A stretch of DNA of 32,000 nt from Candidatus Saccharimonadota bacterium (lineage in GTDB: Bacteria > Patescibacteriota > Gracilibacteria > UBA1369 > 2-02-FULL-48-14). Below are positions 1 to 8,241 of this stretch, piece by piece. Below the pieces are notes generated by a model that searched no databases, was not told where the DNA came from, and saw nothing but the letters and a program-made list of their open reading frames with translations. Position numbers and translations under genes: made by a program. Location of the stretch: the NCBI GenBank assembly GCA_965230905.1, contig OZ246396.1:270001-302000 (forward strand). The letters run 5' to 3'. The number at the start of each line of letters is the position of its first letter. Within the stretch, counting starts at the first letter, position 1.

Positions 1-602
1 CGGCGCTGCTGGGTTCCATGATCATTACAAAAATTTATCAGGCGGCCATGGCGCGTGCCGATATGCGTGAGGAAGATCGAAAAGACTTTTACTTCTACGT
101 GGATGAGTTCCAAAACTTCGCGACGGATACTTTTGCGGAAATTCTCTCTGAGGCTCGTAAATACCGACTGTGTCTCACCATTGCCCATCAGTATGTTGGG
201 CAGCTCGATGAAGTGGTGCGCAAAACGGTGTTTGGTAACGTGGGTTCCATGATCAGCTTCCGTGTGGGAGCCGAGGATGCAGCGATTTTAGCTGATGAAT
301 ACACCCCAATTTTTGGAGTGCGCGACATTATCAACTTAGGAGTGCGAGAATTTTATTTGAAGATGTCGATTGACGGAGAACTCACCGAAGCCTTTTCCGG
401 AAAAACCTTGGGAATCGACTACAGCAAAGTGGACCACAGCCGGGATATCATCAATCTCTCACGTGCGGCTTACTGTGCGCCGCGTGAAGAAGTTGAAACC
501 ATGCTGCAAAAGTGGGACGAAGGTAGCCTCGAGGAGCCGCTTGCCGTAAAGGCCAGCACCGTTATTGAGGAGACGCAGGATTTTGAGATGCCGCTGATTT
601 AA
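1..602 (+). CDS. Type IV secretion coupling protein (TraD/TraG/VirD4-like ATPase), C-terminal part; 5' end outside window
   Basis: The frame is open from base 3 (ALLGSMIITK...), so the CDS is cut by the window edge. FYFYVDEFQNFATDTFAEILSEARKYRLCLTIAHQYVGQLDEVVRKTVFGNVGS looks like the Walker-B/sensor region of T4SS coupling ATPases. Stop TAA at 600-602. Confidence 0.6.
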   Translation, partial: ALLGSMIITKIYQAAMARADMREEDRKDFYFYVDEFQNFATDTFAEILSEARKYRLCLTIAHQYVGQLDEVVRKTVFGNVGSMISFRVGAEDAAILADEYTPIFGVRDIINLGVREFYLKMSIDGELTEAFSGKTLGIDYSKVDHSRDIINLSRAAYCAPREEVETMLQKWDEGSLEEPLAVKASTVIEETQDFEMPLI

Positions 603-1626
603 GATCGAAAGTGGCGCCCAAGGCTTCCACTAGTTCTTGACGTTCCGTATTCACGGCTTGAAGTATTTCTGCGGAATTTCTTTGGGCTTCACGAAGCTCA
701 GAAATCTGCCCCGGCGCGGCGAGCAGACCGGCCTTTCGTGCCTCCACACCACGAGCAACGATTTTGTCGGCTTGTTTAGCTAAGTTTGGATGTTCCACAA
801 AGAAACGTCCCACGTTGTAAAGGGCACGGCTGCCTTTTCCAGCGCCTTTTGCGGCACGTACCACCGCTGCGCTGCGGGTGAGCAATTTGGCTGCTTTGGG
901 AGCTTTTAAAGCCATGGCTGCCCCTTCCACAAGGATTCCTCCGCTGCCTCCAGCTGGAGCCGTGACCGCGCCCGCGCCTAAAGCCACCGCGTCTACCGTG
1001 AGCCACATTCCACCTTCAGCAACGTAGAGGATACGTTTTTTTGCGCTCAATTCTTCACCCACCAAGTTCTTTCCAAGCGTACCCTCCGCCATCATTTTGG
1101 TGCCTCCCACAAAGGGCAAAATGTCGAGACCGGTGGATAAAAGTTGCATCTTTGCCGTGGGCTCTTTGAGTTCCACTTGCTCCACCATTTGCCCGTAAAT
1201 ATTCACAAAATCTTGGATTTCGCGGATGGCGTTTTCGATGTACAGAGACTCCATCCCCATTCCCTGCATGCGCAGTATTTGCTGATCCAAAAATTCCATC
1301 ACCAGCGCTTCAGCCTGCTCGAATTCCTTCTGTGAAATGAGATCGTGCACTTTTTGCATAAGCACCAAAGTCGCTCCATAAACTTCATACTGAAATTTAG
1401 CACGTTCTGCAATTTCGCGATTTTCATCAGCGGATTTTTCTTTCAAAAAGGCGAGCGTTTCATCGTTCACCGCTTCAATGTTTTCCATCAGCTCGGCGTC
1501 CTCCATTTCATCGATGTGCTTCCCCACCACTTCCGTCTCCAGGGCGTCGAGTTGCTCACGCGTTTCGGGCGTTTCGGGAAGAACGGGAACGGTCTCCGTT
1601 TCATTCATAATTTCTTCGTCTTGCAT
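562..1626 (-). CDS. Hypothetical protein: acidic helical N-half, possible pre-toxin TG (PT-TG)-like segment, Gly/Ala-rich C-half
   Basis: 354-aa ORF. LDILPFVGGTKMMAEGTLGKNLVGEELSAKKR (about aa 165-200) resembles the PT-TG signature as I recall it. Its 3' end overlaps the convergent T4SS ATPase gene by 41 nt. Confidence 0.5.
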   Translation of the reverse strand: MQDEEIMNETETVPVLPETPETREQLDALETEVVGKHIDEMEDAELMENIEAVNDETLAFLKEKSADENREIAERAKFQYEVYGATLVLMQKVHDLISQKEFEQAEALVMEFLDQQILRMQGMGMESLYIENAIREIQDFVNIYGQMVEQVELKEPTAKMQLLSTGLDILPFVGGTKMMAEGTLGKNLVGEELSAKKRILYVAEGGMWLTVDAVALGAGAVTAPAGGSGGILVEGAAMALKAPKAAKLLTRSAAVVRAAKGAGKGSRALYNVGRFFVEHPNLAKQADKIVARGVEARKAGLLAAPGQISELREAQRNSAEILQAVNTERQELVEALGATFDLKSAASQNPASPQ

Positions 1627-1645
1627 GGCGGCGGGGTTAGGATCC

Positions 1646-2758
1646 TTACGTTAAGATTCTATCGAGCTGCGCGTTTTCAACGGCAGACTTTATTTCCATG
1701 GCGATGCGTTCGCCGTAGCTGAGTTCACGACCCCACAAATAGCTTGTGTAAGGGGTAAAGCGTGTGCCGGGCGAGCCGGGAATCCGCATAGAAACATCAA
1801 AAATCACGAGCTCTTCTCGTCCATTTTCTGAGGACACGGCGCCTTGCAGCGCGAAGGGGCCAATGATGCCGGGCTTCGCAAATTCCTGCGTGGCTTTCAC
1901 AAATTTTTCGCCGATTTCGTAGGCTTTTTCAACCAGCGATTCTTTGATAGTAACTGCGAAATGTCCCGTCTCAATCATGGTCGGATTGTAGCCGCTGTCG
2001 AGCAGCTCTTTTTGTACGTTTGCGTTGAGACGGAGGAAACCGTCGAGGCTGGTTTGACGACGCGCATCCGTTCCCATGAGTTCGAGTTCGCCGCTGAGGG
2101 GTGAGTAGAAATAGTTGAAATTAACCTGTGCACCAATGATGAATTCTTCGATCACGGCTTTATCGAGTCCCTCTTTAGTGATTTGACCGCTTGCAATCAT
2201 TTCATCGGATTTTTTCTTATAGTCTTCTTGGCTTACGGCGACAAAAAAGGCACGTTCATAAGTACGAGTGGCTTCGTTCACTTTCACAATCACGGGGCGG
2301 TCGATTTCTGCCGGAGACGCGATCATTTTTGGGATTCGAATTCCTGCTTTTTCCAGCAGCCAGTATTGGTTGTGCTCAACATCGCGTTCTTCGAGTCGCA
2401 CCATGTGGCGCGTTCCATAAATCGGCACATTGAAGTCGTTTTCAATTTCGGTAAAGTTGCAGTAAACCCAAAAATATCGGTTGTGGATAAAAATGGTGTT
2501 TCGTTTGCGAAGTTCTGCCTGTACCTCTGGCTTCACAATGTCCGCGAATTTGTCGACTAAAATAACCTCATCCACGCAACCTTTGCCATCGCGGGTTTTG
2601 TAATAATCGGCATAGGTTTTTTCGCGGCCTTTTTGGCAAACGGCCAAGGTCTTAAACCCGAGTTTCTTCGCTCCTTCGCACACATCCAAGGCGCTGTGCC
2701 CACCGAGTACTCCAATGGTGAGATTTTTGAGATCGTATCCGTCGAGAAGGTTTTTCAT
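1646..2758 (-). CDS. PurP-family ATP-grasp protein (divergent paralogue of 5-formaminoimidazole-4-carboxamide ribonucleotide synthetase)
   Basis: 370 aa. It is colinear with the neighbouring PurP, sharing motifs such as IGVLGGHSALDV, DRPVIVK, NFNYFYSPL..ELELMG.D.R and FDVSMRIPGSPG. Archaeal-type ATP-grasp architecture. Confidence 0.8.
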   Translation of the reverse strand: MKNLLDGYDLKNLTIGVLGGHSALDVCEGAKKLGFKTLAVCQKGREKTYADYYKTRDGKGCVDEVILVDKFADIVKPEVQAELRKRNTIFIHNRYFWVYCNFTEIENDFNVPIYGTRHMVRLEERDVEHNQYWLLEKAGIRIPKMIASPAEIDRPVIVKVNEATRTYERAFFVAVSQEDYKKKSDEMIASGQITKEGLDKAVIEEFIIGAQVNFNYFYSPLSGELELMGTDARRQTSLDGFLRLNANVQKELLDSGYNPTMIETGHFAVTIKESLVEKAYEIGEKFVKATQEFAKPGIIGPFALQGAVSSENGREELVIFDVSMRIPGSPGTRFTPYTSYLWGRELSYGERIAMEIKSAVENAQLDRILT

Positions 2759-2767
2759 AGAACTGTA

Positions 2768-3796
2768 TTATCCCAAAAGCTCTTCAATGCGTCCACTCTC
2801 GATTGCCTGTTTGATTTCGCGGGCGAGACGGCGGCCGGTGGACATGGGTTCTTTGTAGCGGAGTGCGGTGTAGGGAGAGCCTTCAATATACGGGTTGGTT
2901 CCGGCCACGATTCGGGCGGAAATTTCGAATACGCGGAAGTTCAGATTGGGGTCGATGATTCCTTCCAAACAGAAGGGACCGTAGAGTCCTTTGGGCACTC
3001 CGGCCAGGTTGCGGGACGCTTTCACCACGTTTTCTCCAATCTCAAAGAACATCGGGAGCATGGATTCGCGAACCACAATGGGAATGTTCCCGGTGATGGT
3101 GTAGCTGGTGCGGATATTGGCTTCAATTTGGTCTTTGGCGGCGATGCGTCCGATGGAATCGGCGTTGGATTCGTAACGTTTGTCGAAGCTCATGATTTCG
3201 AGTTCGCCGGTGAGCGCGGAGTAGAAATAGTGCACGTACATGGGCACTCCCACCACGTATTCTTGGATGGCGTATTCGTTCTGGCCGGGAAATTCCTTGA
3301 TGCGTTCCGCGAATTCAGCGGGTGAATTGGCAATAAAATAGCCGAATCCACCTTTGGCGCCGTGGAATTTAATGATCACGGGGCGGTCGATTTCTTCGGG
3401 GTTTTTGAAAACTTTGGGCACGTTGAGACCGGCATTTTTGAGCCAGTCGCGTTCCATAGAACGGTCCGACTCCCACTTTAGAATGCCTTTTGAACCGTAG
3501 TACTTGGCGGCCATTTGCTGAATGATTCTGTCCACACCCACATAACTCACAAAGGAACCGTGCGGAATCACAATGGCGTTCTTGGCCTTCAGCTGGTCTT
3601 CAATAGTGAAATATTCTTCAAAGCTGGGGATTTCAATGAGCTCGTCTGCTACCGGAAAACTTTCAAAAACTCGCCGGGTCTGTGGCGTGACAATTGCAAT
3701 GGTTTTGAAGCCCTCATCTTTTGCACCCTTTAGGATCTGAAGAGCGGTGTGGCTCCCCAGCGTAGCGATGGCGTAATCTGTTATTGAGGCTGTCAT
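2768..3796 (-). CDS. purP: 5-formaminoimidazole-4-carboxamide-1-beta-D-ribofuranosyl 5'-monophosphate synthetase (archaeal-type PurP)
   Basis: IATLGSHTALQILKGAKDEGF, HGSFVSYVG, LKWESDRS, DRPVIIKFHGAKGGFGYFIA, YVHYFYS..TGELEIMSFDKRYESN, ITGNIPIVVRESMLP and FEISARIVAGTN closely follow the Methanocaldococcus PurP pattern as recalled. The ORF is open up to 3850. I place the start at ATG 3796 (MTASITDY...) because a TGCTAAGAT box sits 7 nt upstream and this removes the overlap with the upstream ORF. Confidence 0.88.
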   Translation of the reverse strand: MTASITDYAIATLGSHTALQILKGAKDEGFKTIAIVTPQTRRVFESFPVADELIEIPSFEEYFTIEDQLKAKNAIVIPHGSFVSYVGVDRIIQQMAAKYYGSKGILKWESDRSMERDWLKNAGLNVPKVFKNPEEIDRPVIIKFHGAKGGFGYFIANSPAEFAERIKEFPGQNEYAIQEYVVGVPMYVHYFYSALTGELEIMSFDKRYESNADSIGRIAAKDQIEANIRTSYTITGNIPIVVRESMLPMFFEIGENVVKASRNLAGVPKGLYGPFCLEGIIDPNLNFRVFEISARIVAGTNPYIEGSPYTALRYKEPMSTGRRLAREIKQAIESGRIEELLG

Positions 3797-3803
3797 TTGG
3801 ACT

Positions 3804-3812
3804 ATCTTAGCA
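3804..3812 (-). promoter_or_regulatory. Extended -10 box TGCTAAGAT, 7 nt upstream of purP ATG 3796 (leaderless-type spacing)
   Basis: The minus strand reads TGCTAAGAT-agtccaa-ATG. It belongs to the recurrent TGCTAnnnT family seen eight times in this window. Confidence 0.45.
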
Positions 3813-3837
3813 AAGCGGTTCTTTTTTGTCGACTGCT

Positions 3838-4827
3838 TTAATTTTGGCATTCCGTCTTTAGTCGAGCCCTGAACTGAATTAATCGGTCATTTACTTCCTG
3901 CTGTCCCCAGAGAGGCGCACCGGCGTAATCGTTTTCCTCATTGGCTTGCATCATTTTTTGAATTTTCTCTGTGCCGGCGAATGCGGCGTCCCAGTTTCCT
4001 GTTATATACGTTAACTCAGCATCGATTGCCTTCATTTGCTCCTGGCAGCTCTGCATTTGAGTTTTGTTATTTAAAATCGCTGGCAAAAGGCTGCAGCGAT
4101 AAAGTAGTTTTCTGTAGTGAACCAAGTAGGGAGCGTACTCATTAAAAAGTGGGCGCTTCTGCATGGTCCTTTGCATGGCTTGAAAAAGATTTAAGGCCTC
4201 GAGAGAATCTCCATTGAGGTCTTTGAAGGCAGCTAATCGCAGCAGTTCGGGAGGCAGCTCTTCATGAAACTTACATGACTCCATATCTGGAGTCTTGCCA
4301 TTCAAAAGACTTGTCCCGCTGCTTTTTCCCAAGTCATTTAAAGACTTTACGACTTTTCCATCGACCAATTCGGCTTCAAAGAAACCTAGGGATTCTCTTT
4401 TCTGAATGTGAGAATGAATGGTATAGGAATACGGAAATTTTTTTAACAAAATTTTGTCCATTTCATAAAGGAATCCTCTGTCGTTTGGGAAATCTATTTT
4501 TGCCAATAGCTCCATTGCACCTGTGCACAGCTCGGGATCTAAGTTAACTTTCCCGTTGAGCATTTCAATAAAGCAGCTGATTAAAACTTCACGGATTTGA
4601 AGTAACACTGCTTCCTCCTCAGACTGAAGACCGAGCATGAGCTCCATAGCCTTTAAAACAGCCCCAGGGTCTGCTTTAACTATTTTTTGTATCCGGACCA
4701 ATCTTTTAATTTTATCTTCACCACTTTCAGAAGTTTTGAATTTTTCGTGCTCGCGCAGCAGGCTTCCGTGAGGCACATGATCCTCAGCAATAAGTGTCTG
4801 TTCATCTGTTGTATCCAATAAGCTCAT
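3838..4827 (-). CDS. Hypothetical helical protein
   Basis: 329-aa ORF with no family signature I recognise. It is visibly more AT-rich than its neighbours and has a TGCTAAGCT box 7 nt upstream of its ATG. Confidence 0.6.
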   Translation of the reverse strand: MSLLDTTDEQTLIAEDHVPHGSLLREHEKFKTSESGEDKIKRLVRIQKIVKADPGAVLKAMELMLGLQSEEEAVLLQIREVLISCFIEMLNGKVNLDPELCTGAMELLAKIDFPNDRGFLYEMDKILLKKFPYSYTIHSHIQKRESLGFFEAELVDGKVVKSLNDLGKSSGTSLLNGKTPDMESCKFHEELPPELLRLAAFKDLNGDSLEALNLFQAMQRTMQKRPLFNEYAPYLVHYRKLLYRCSLLPAILNNKTQMQSCQEQMKAIDAELTYITGNWDAAFAGTEKIQKMMQANEENDYAGAPLWGQQEVNDRLIQFRARLKTECQN

Positions 4828-4834
4828 AGCAACG

Positions 4835-4843
4835 AGCTTAGCA
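4835..4843 (-). promoter_or_regulatory. Extended -10 box TGCTAAGCT, 7 nt upstream of ATG 4827
   Basis: The minus strand reads TGCTAAGCT-cgttgct-ATG, inside the 21-nt gap after the uppP stop. Confidence 0.4.
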
Positions 4844-4848
4844 AGACA

Positions 4849-5586
4849 CTAAGCATTGATCCAGAGGAAAGCCAAAATACAGATTCCCAGCGCTATTCGG
4901 TAGACTCCAAAAGCCCGGAAACTGTGTTTTTTAAGAAATTTCATGATCACGGAAGCGGCGAAGAGACTGGAAAGAAAAGCGGCTAGAAATCCAACGATTA
5001 AAGTAGAAAGCGGTAAAGAAAGGGATTCGGTGTCGAGGGCTTTAAGGAAACCGGCTCCGGCAATGGCGATCGAGCCAAGCAAGAAAGAAAATCGCGCGGC
5101 TTCTTCCCTATTCACGCCCAGTTGCATTCCCGTAAAAATAGTCGCGCCACTGCGAGAAACTCCCGGAATAATGGCCAGTGCTTGTCCACAACCCATGAGC
5201 AAAGTACGCCACCACGTGAGCGGCTTATTGTTTTTTCGTTGAGGAATAAAAAAGAGCAATCCCACCACAATGAGCATCATCGCCACGGACTCGGCGCTGC
5301 GGAAGAGTTCATCGATGGTGTCTTCTAATAAAAATCCAACTAGCGCGGCGGGCACGGAGCCAAGAATCAGCCAAGGCCACCATTTAAAATTCAAAAGATC
5401 GCGGCGAAAATAAACCAAAATCGCCAGCAGGGTTCCCACGTGCAGGGTGATGTCGAAATCCTTTAAATCGTCCACACGCAGGCCCAATAAAGTCTCCGTG
5501 ATGATGAGATGCCCGGACGAAGAAATGGGCAGAAATTCGGTGATTCCTTGAACGAGACCGAGGATGATGGCTTGGAGAAGTGTCAT
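4849..5586 (-). CDS. uppP: Undecaprenyl-diphosphate phosphatase
   Basis: The N-terminus LLQAIILGLVQGITEFLPISSSGHLII and the later PGVSRSGATI motif are the UppP/BacA signatures. It is polytopic and 245 aa long. Confidence 0.93.
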   Translation of the reverse strand: MTLLQAIILGLVQGITEFLPISSSGHLIITETLLGLRVDDLKDFDITLHVGTLLAILVYFRRDLLNFKWWPWLILGSVPAALVGFLLEDTIDELFRSAESVAMMLIVVGLLFFIPQRKNNKPLTWWRTLLMGCGQALAIIPGVSRSGATIFTGMQLGVNREEAARFSFLLGSIAIAGAGFLKALDTESLSLPLSTLIVGFLAAFLSSLFAASVIMKFLKKHSFRAFGVYRIALGICILAFLWINA

Positions 5587-5598
5587 GTCCCGAATATC

Positions 5599-6132
5599 TT
5601 AAGCGCGGCGCCAGGCTTTCACAACATGAAGCAACGAGAAGACGCAGAAAAAGAGATTCAGCCAAAAGAAAATGGAGCTGTCTCCTAAGTAACTGTACGC
5701 CGAAATAAAGCCGCTCCCCACCGCCAGTGTAAGGTTCCTTTTCAGATTGTTTTTGAGGATGAAACCAATGGCAACCAGGGTGAGCCCAAGAATGAATAAA
5801 ATCGTCGTGCTGTCTTCAAAAAGAACAAGGGACCAGGCTAAAAATCCGGATCCAGCGAGGCCCACTCCAATCGAAGCCCAGCGGTCATTGGCGTTCAGCA
5901 GCATCAGCGCAGTGGAAATGAGGGTGAGGCTTTCGAAAAACACATAGAAGACCGGCTCACCCTGCAAGTACGAAAGCACCGCGTATAAAAAAACTAAAAT
6001 ATTTCCGATGGCGAAGAATTGGTTCTTGAGCGCCTTTGCGGGATGCTGTCCTTTTTTTGGATTTTTCCACGCTGCTCCTGCGAGCAAAAAGAGAGAGCCA
6101 ATGATGCCGGTTAAAAAAATGGGGTCCATCAT
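5599..6132 (-). CDS. Polytopic membrane protein with internal duplication, function unknown
   Basis: 177 aa and almost entirely hydrophobic. The two halves resemble each other (G..L.A.G...KN..K...N...A.G....Y..L.G...F). The start overlaps the upstream stop as ATGA (6129-6132). Confidence 0.7.
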   Translation of the reverse strand: MMDPIFLTGIIGSLFLLAGAAWKNPKKGQHPAKALKNQFFAIGNILVFLYAVLSYLQGEPVFYVFFESLTLISTALMLLNANDRWASIGVGLAGSGFLAWSLVLFEDSTTILFILGLTLVAIGFILKNNLKRNLTLAVGSGFISAYSYLGDSSIFFWLNLFFCVFSLLHVVKAWRRA

Positions 6133-6635
6133 TTTTTGCTCTTTTTAGAAGCCAATGTATAAGCCACTGCAAGCAAAATCACCACGAGTACGCCCGCTCC
6201 ATAGGCCCATTCGGGAAGCGTTTTGGTTTCCGTGAGCTGAGTGCCCTCTCCTAAATCTGCCGTGTTGGATTCCGCTAAAATGCCGGTGAGGCTGCAAGAA
6301 TACACGTGCAGTTCTCCATCCGTGAGGCTGGCGTAGACCATGTATTCCTCTCCTTCCTCAAAACCAAATCCACAGTCACCGCCTCCCATTCCCGTGTGCA
6401 CTTTTATGAGCGTGCCTTCCACTCCTTTCCACGCCTCAGTCACCTCCAAAGTCACGTCGTAGCCGTATTCATGAGAATCACTGATTTGCGTTACGATTCC
6501 GCTAAAAACCGCGTCTGATTTTTCCATTTCTTCGACGGGCGTTCCCGGAATCACGCAGCTGCAGGCGTAAACGGGCTGAGTCTGGGCCGTGAAAAGAGCC
6601 GCAAAAACAAATAGAGAGAGGAGAAGTTTCTTCAT
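6129..6635 (-). CDS. Secreted, C-terminally membrane-anchored TIMP/NTR-like protein (putative metalloprotease inhibitor fold)
   Basis: The signal peptide MKKLLLSLFVFAALFTAQTQPVYA is followed by CSCVIPGTPVEEMEKSDAVFSGIV, then GGDCGFGFEEGEEYMVYASLTDGELHVYSCSL. The C-terminus carries a TM helix plus KKSKK. Confidence 0.75.
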   Translation of the reverse strand: MKKLLLSLFVFAALFTAQTQPVYACSCVIPGTPVEEMEKSDAVFSGIVTQISDSHEYGYDVTLEVTEAWKGVEGTLIKVHTGMGGGDCGFGFEEGEEYMVYASLTDGELHVYSCSLTGILAESNTADLGEGTQLTETKTLPEWAYGAGVLVVILLAVAYTLASKKSKK

Positions 6636-6656
6636 ATGGGTGGATTAAGCAGATTC

Positions 6657-6665
6657 AGTATAGCA
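6657..6665 (-). promoter_or_regulatory. Extended -10 box TGCTATACT upstream of the TIMP-like gene
   Basis: The minus strand reads TGCTATACT followed by 21 nt and then ATG 6635, in the 35-nt gap after the purH stop. Confidence 0.4.
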
Positions 6666-6670
6666 CTTTC

Positions 6671-8236
6671 TTAGTGTTTGAAACTGCGGATTCCCGTGCA
6701 CACCATGGTCATGCCGAGTTCGTCGGCTTTTTTAATAACTTCTTCGTCGCGGATAGAACCGCCCGGCTGGATGATGGCGTGAATGCCGGCGGCGTGCGCT
6801 TCTTCTACGGCGTCTGGGAAAGGGAAGAATGCATCAGAAGACATAACGGAACCTGGAACTCGGTCGCCGCCTTTACGGCTCGCAATGATCACGCTGTCCA
6901 CGCGGGACATTTGGCCGGCTCCGATTCCCGTGGCGCTGCATCCGCCAAAAGCGTTTTTCTTTGCGTAGACCACGGCGTTTGATTTCACGTGCTTCACAAG
7001 GATGCGTGCAAAGAGCATGGCTTCGATTTCGTCTTCGGTTGGCTGTTCCTTCGTCACCACTTTGAGGTCTTTTTCGGTCACCACGTATTGATCGGCGGTT
7101 TGCACCAAGATTCCCCCGGACACCGTTTTTATGCTGCGTTGATTTGGGTTGCGGCGGAGTTCACCGGTTTCCAGCAGGCGGAGATTTTGTTTTTTGCTGA
7201 GGAGTTCAAGCGCGCCGGCATCGAAAGACGGCGTGATGATGATTTCCACGAACATTTTGTTGTCCACGATGTACTGCGCGATCTCTTGAGTGCACGGACG
7301 GTTGAGCGCGATCACACATCCAAACGCAGCCATTGGGTCCACTTGATAAGCTTCTGTGAAAGCATCCGTAATAGTGTCAGCAGTTGCGGCACCACATGGG
7401 TTAGTATGTTTAATTACTGCGGCTGCAGGCTTGTCAAAATCTTTGACAAGTTCGAGGGCGCCGTCGGTGTCGATGATGTTATTGAAGGAGAGTTCCTTGC
7501 CTTGCAAAACCTTGGCGTTGGTTACGTTAGGAAACTGATCCGTGGGGTCGCGGAAGAAGACCGCTTTTTGGTGCGGATTTTCTCCGTAGCGAAGTTTCAT
7601 CACTTTTTCGTAGTGCAAGTCGAGAAGTTCCACGGGTTCACCTTTGTAGCGCAGGTATTCGGCAATCGCGTGGTCGTAGGCATTGGTTTTTTCAAAGACT
7701 TTTACAGCAAGCGCGCGACGTGTTTCCACGCTCACTCCCCCTTGATTGAGCTCTTCAATCACAATGGGATAATCTTTAATCGCAGTGAGCGCCGTCACAA
7801 ATTGGAAATTTTTTGCAGCGGAGCGGAGCATGGCTGGCCCACCTATGTCGATTTGTTCAATGGCTTCTTCTTCGGTGATTCCTTCTTTAGCCACGGTTTC
7901 GCTGAAGGGATAGAGATTGATGATCACCATGTCTATTGGCTTGATGCCGTTTTTGGCGGCCACTTCATCGTCTTCACCTCGGCGCATCAAAATTCCGCCG
8001 TGCACCAAGGGATGCAGGGTTTTCACACGTCCGCCCATCATTTCGGGAAAGCCCGTGTAATCAGAAACGTCGGTCACTTTAATGCCGGCTTCCTTGAGTG
8101 CTTTGGCGGTTCCGCCGGTCGATAAAATCTCCGCACCGTGCCGGATGAGTGCTTCGGCGAGAGGCAGCAGGTCCGTTTTATCGGACACACTGATCAGGGC
8201 GCGGGCAATCTTGCGGACTCCAGTGAGAGGATTCAT
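6671..8236 (-). CDS. purH: Bifunctional AICAR transformylase / IMP cyclohydrolase
   Basis: 521 aa. [19 protein letters not shown]...[14 protein letters not shown]...[29 protein letters not shown] and the C-terminal IQPGGSIRD are classic PurH motifs. Confidence 0.97.
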   Translation of the reverse strand: MNPLTGVRKIARALISVSDKTDLLPLAEALIRHGAEILSTGGTAKALKEAGIKVTDVSDYTGFPEMMGGRVKTLHPLVHGGILMRRGEDDEVAAKNGIKPIDMVIINLYPFSETVAKEGITEEEAIEQIDIGGPAMLRSAAKNFQFVTALTAIKDYPIVIEELNQGGVSVETRRALAVKVFEKTNAYDHAIAEYLRYKGEPVELLDLHYEKVMKLRYGENPHQKAVFFRDPTDQFPNVTNAKVLQGKELSFNNIIDTDGALELVKDFDKPAAAVIKHTNPCGAATADTITDAFTEAYQVDPMAAFGCVIALNRPCTQEIAQYIVDNKMFVEIIITPSFDAGALELLSKKQNLRLLETGELRRNPNQRSIKTVSGGILVQTADQYVVTEKDLKVVTKEQPTEDEIEAMLFARILVKHVKSNAVVYAKKNAFGGCSATGIGAGQMSRVDSVIIASRKGGDRVPGSVMSSDAFFPFPDAVEEAHAAGIHAIIQPGGSIRDEEVIKKADELGMTMVCTGIRSFKH

Positions 8237-8241
8237 AGGGA

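Noticed and set aside
6129-6132. Possible alternative genetic code (UGA recoded, as in some candidate phyla)
   Set aside because: TGA terminates the TIMP-like ORF in a classic ATGA stop-start overlap. All housekeeping proteins are full length with code 11, and I noticed no in-frame TGA interrupting conserved domains.
6638-6658. GGGTGGATT (6638-6646) and AGATTCAG (6651-6658) in the TIMP-like gene leader also occur at 10911-10919 and 11011-11018 in the structured element, which could suggest sRNA-target pairing
   Set aside because: These are only a 9-mer and an 8-mer. The 8-mer overlaps the predicted -10 box, so it is probably upstream of the transcript start. Both segments are buried in stems of the element. 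This cannot be distinguished from chance without genome-wide statistics.
6989-8125. 378-aa ORF on the plus strand, plus similar long ORFs at 15373-16740, 17706-18674, 2633-3325, 25429-26229 and 27670-28452
   Set aside because: Each lies antisense to a gene with a clear family signature (purH, DUF4012, purP, GT, ftsW and so on). Their translations are low-complexity (runs of R, G, H, F and V), with no recognisable motifs. These are typical shadow ORFs of GC-rich coding DNA.
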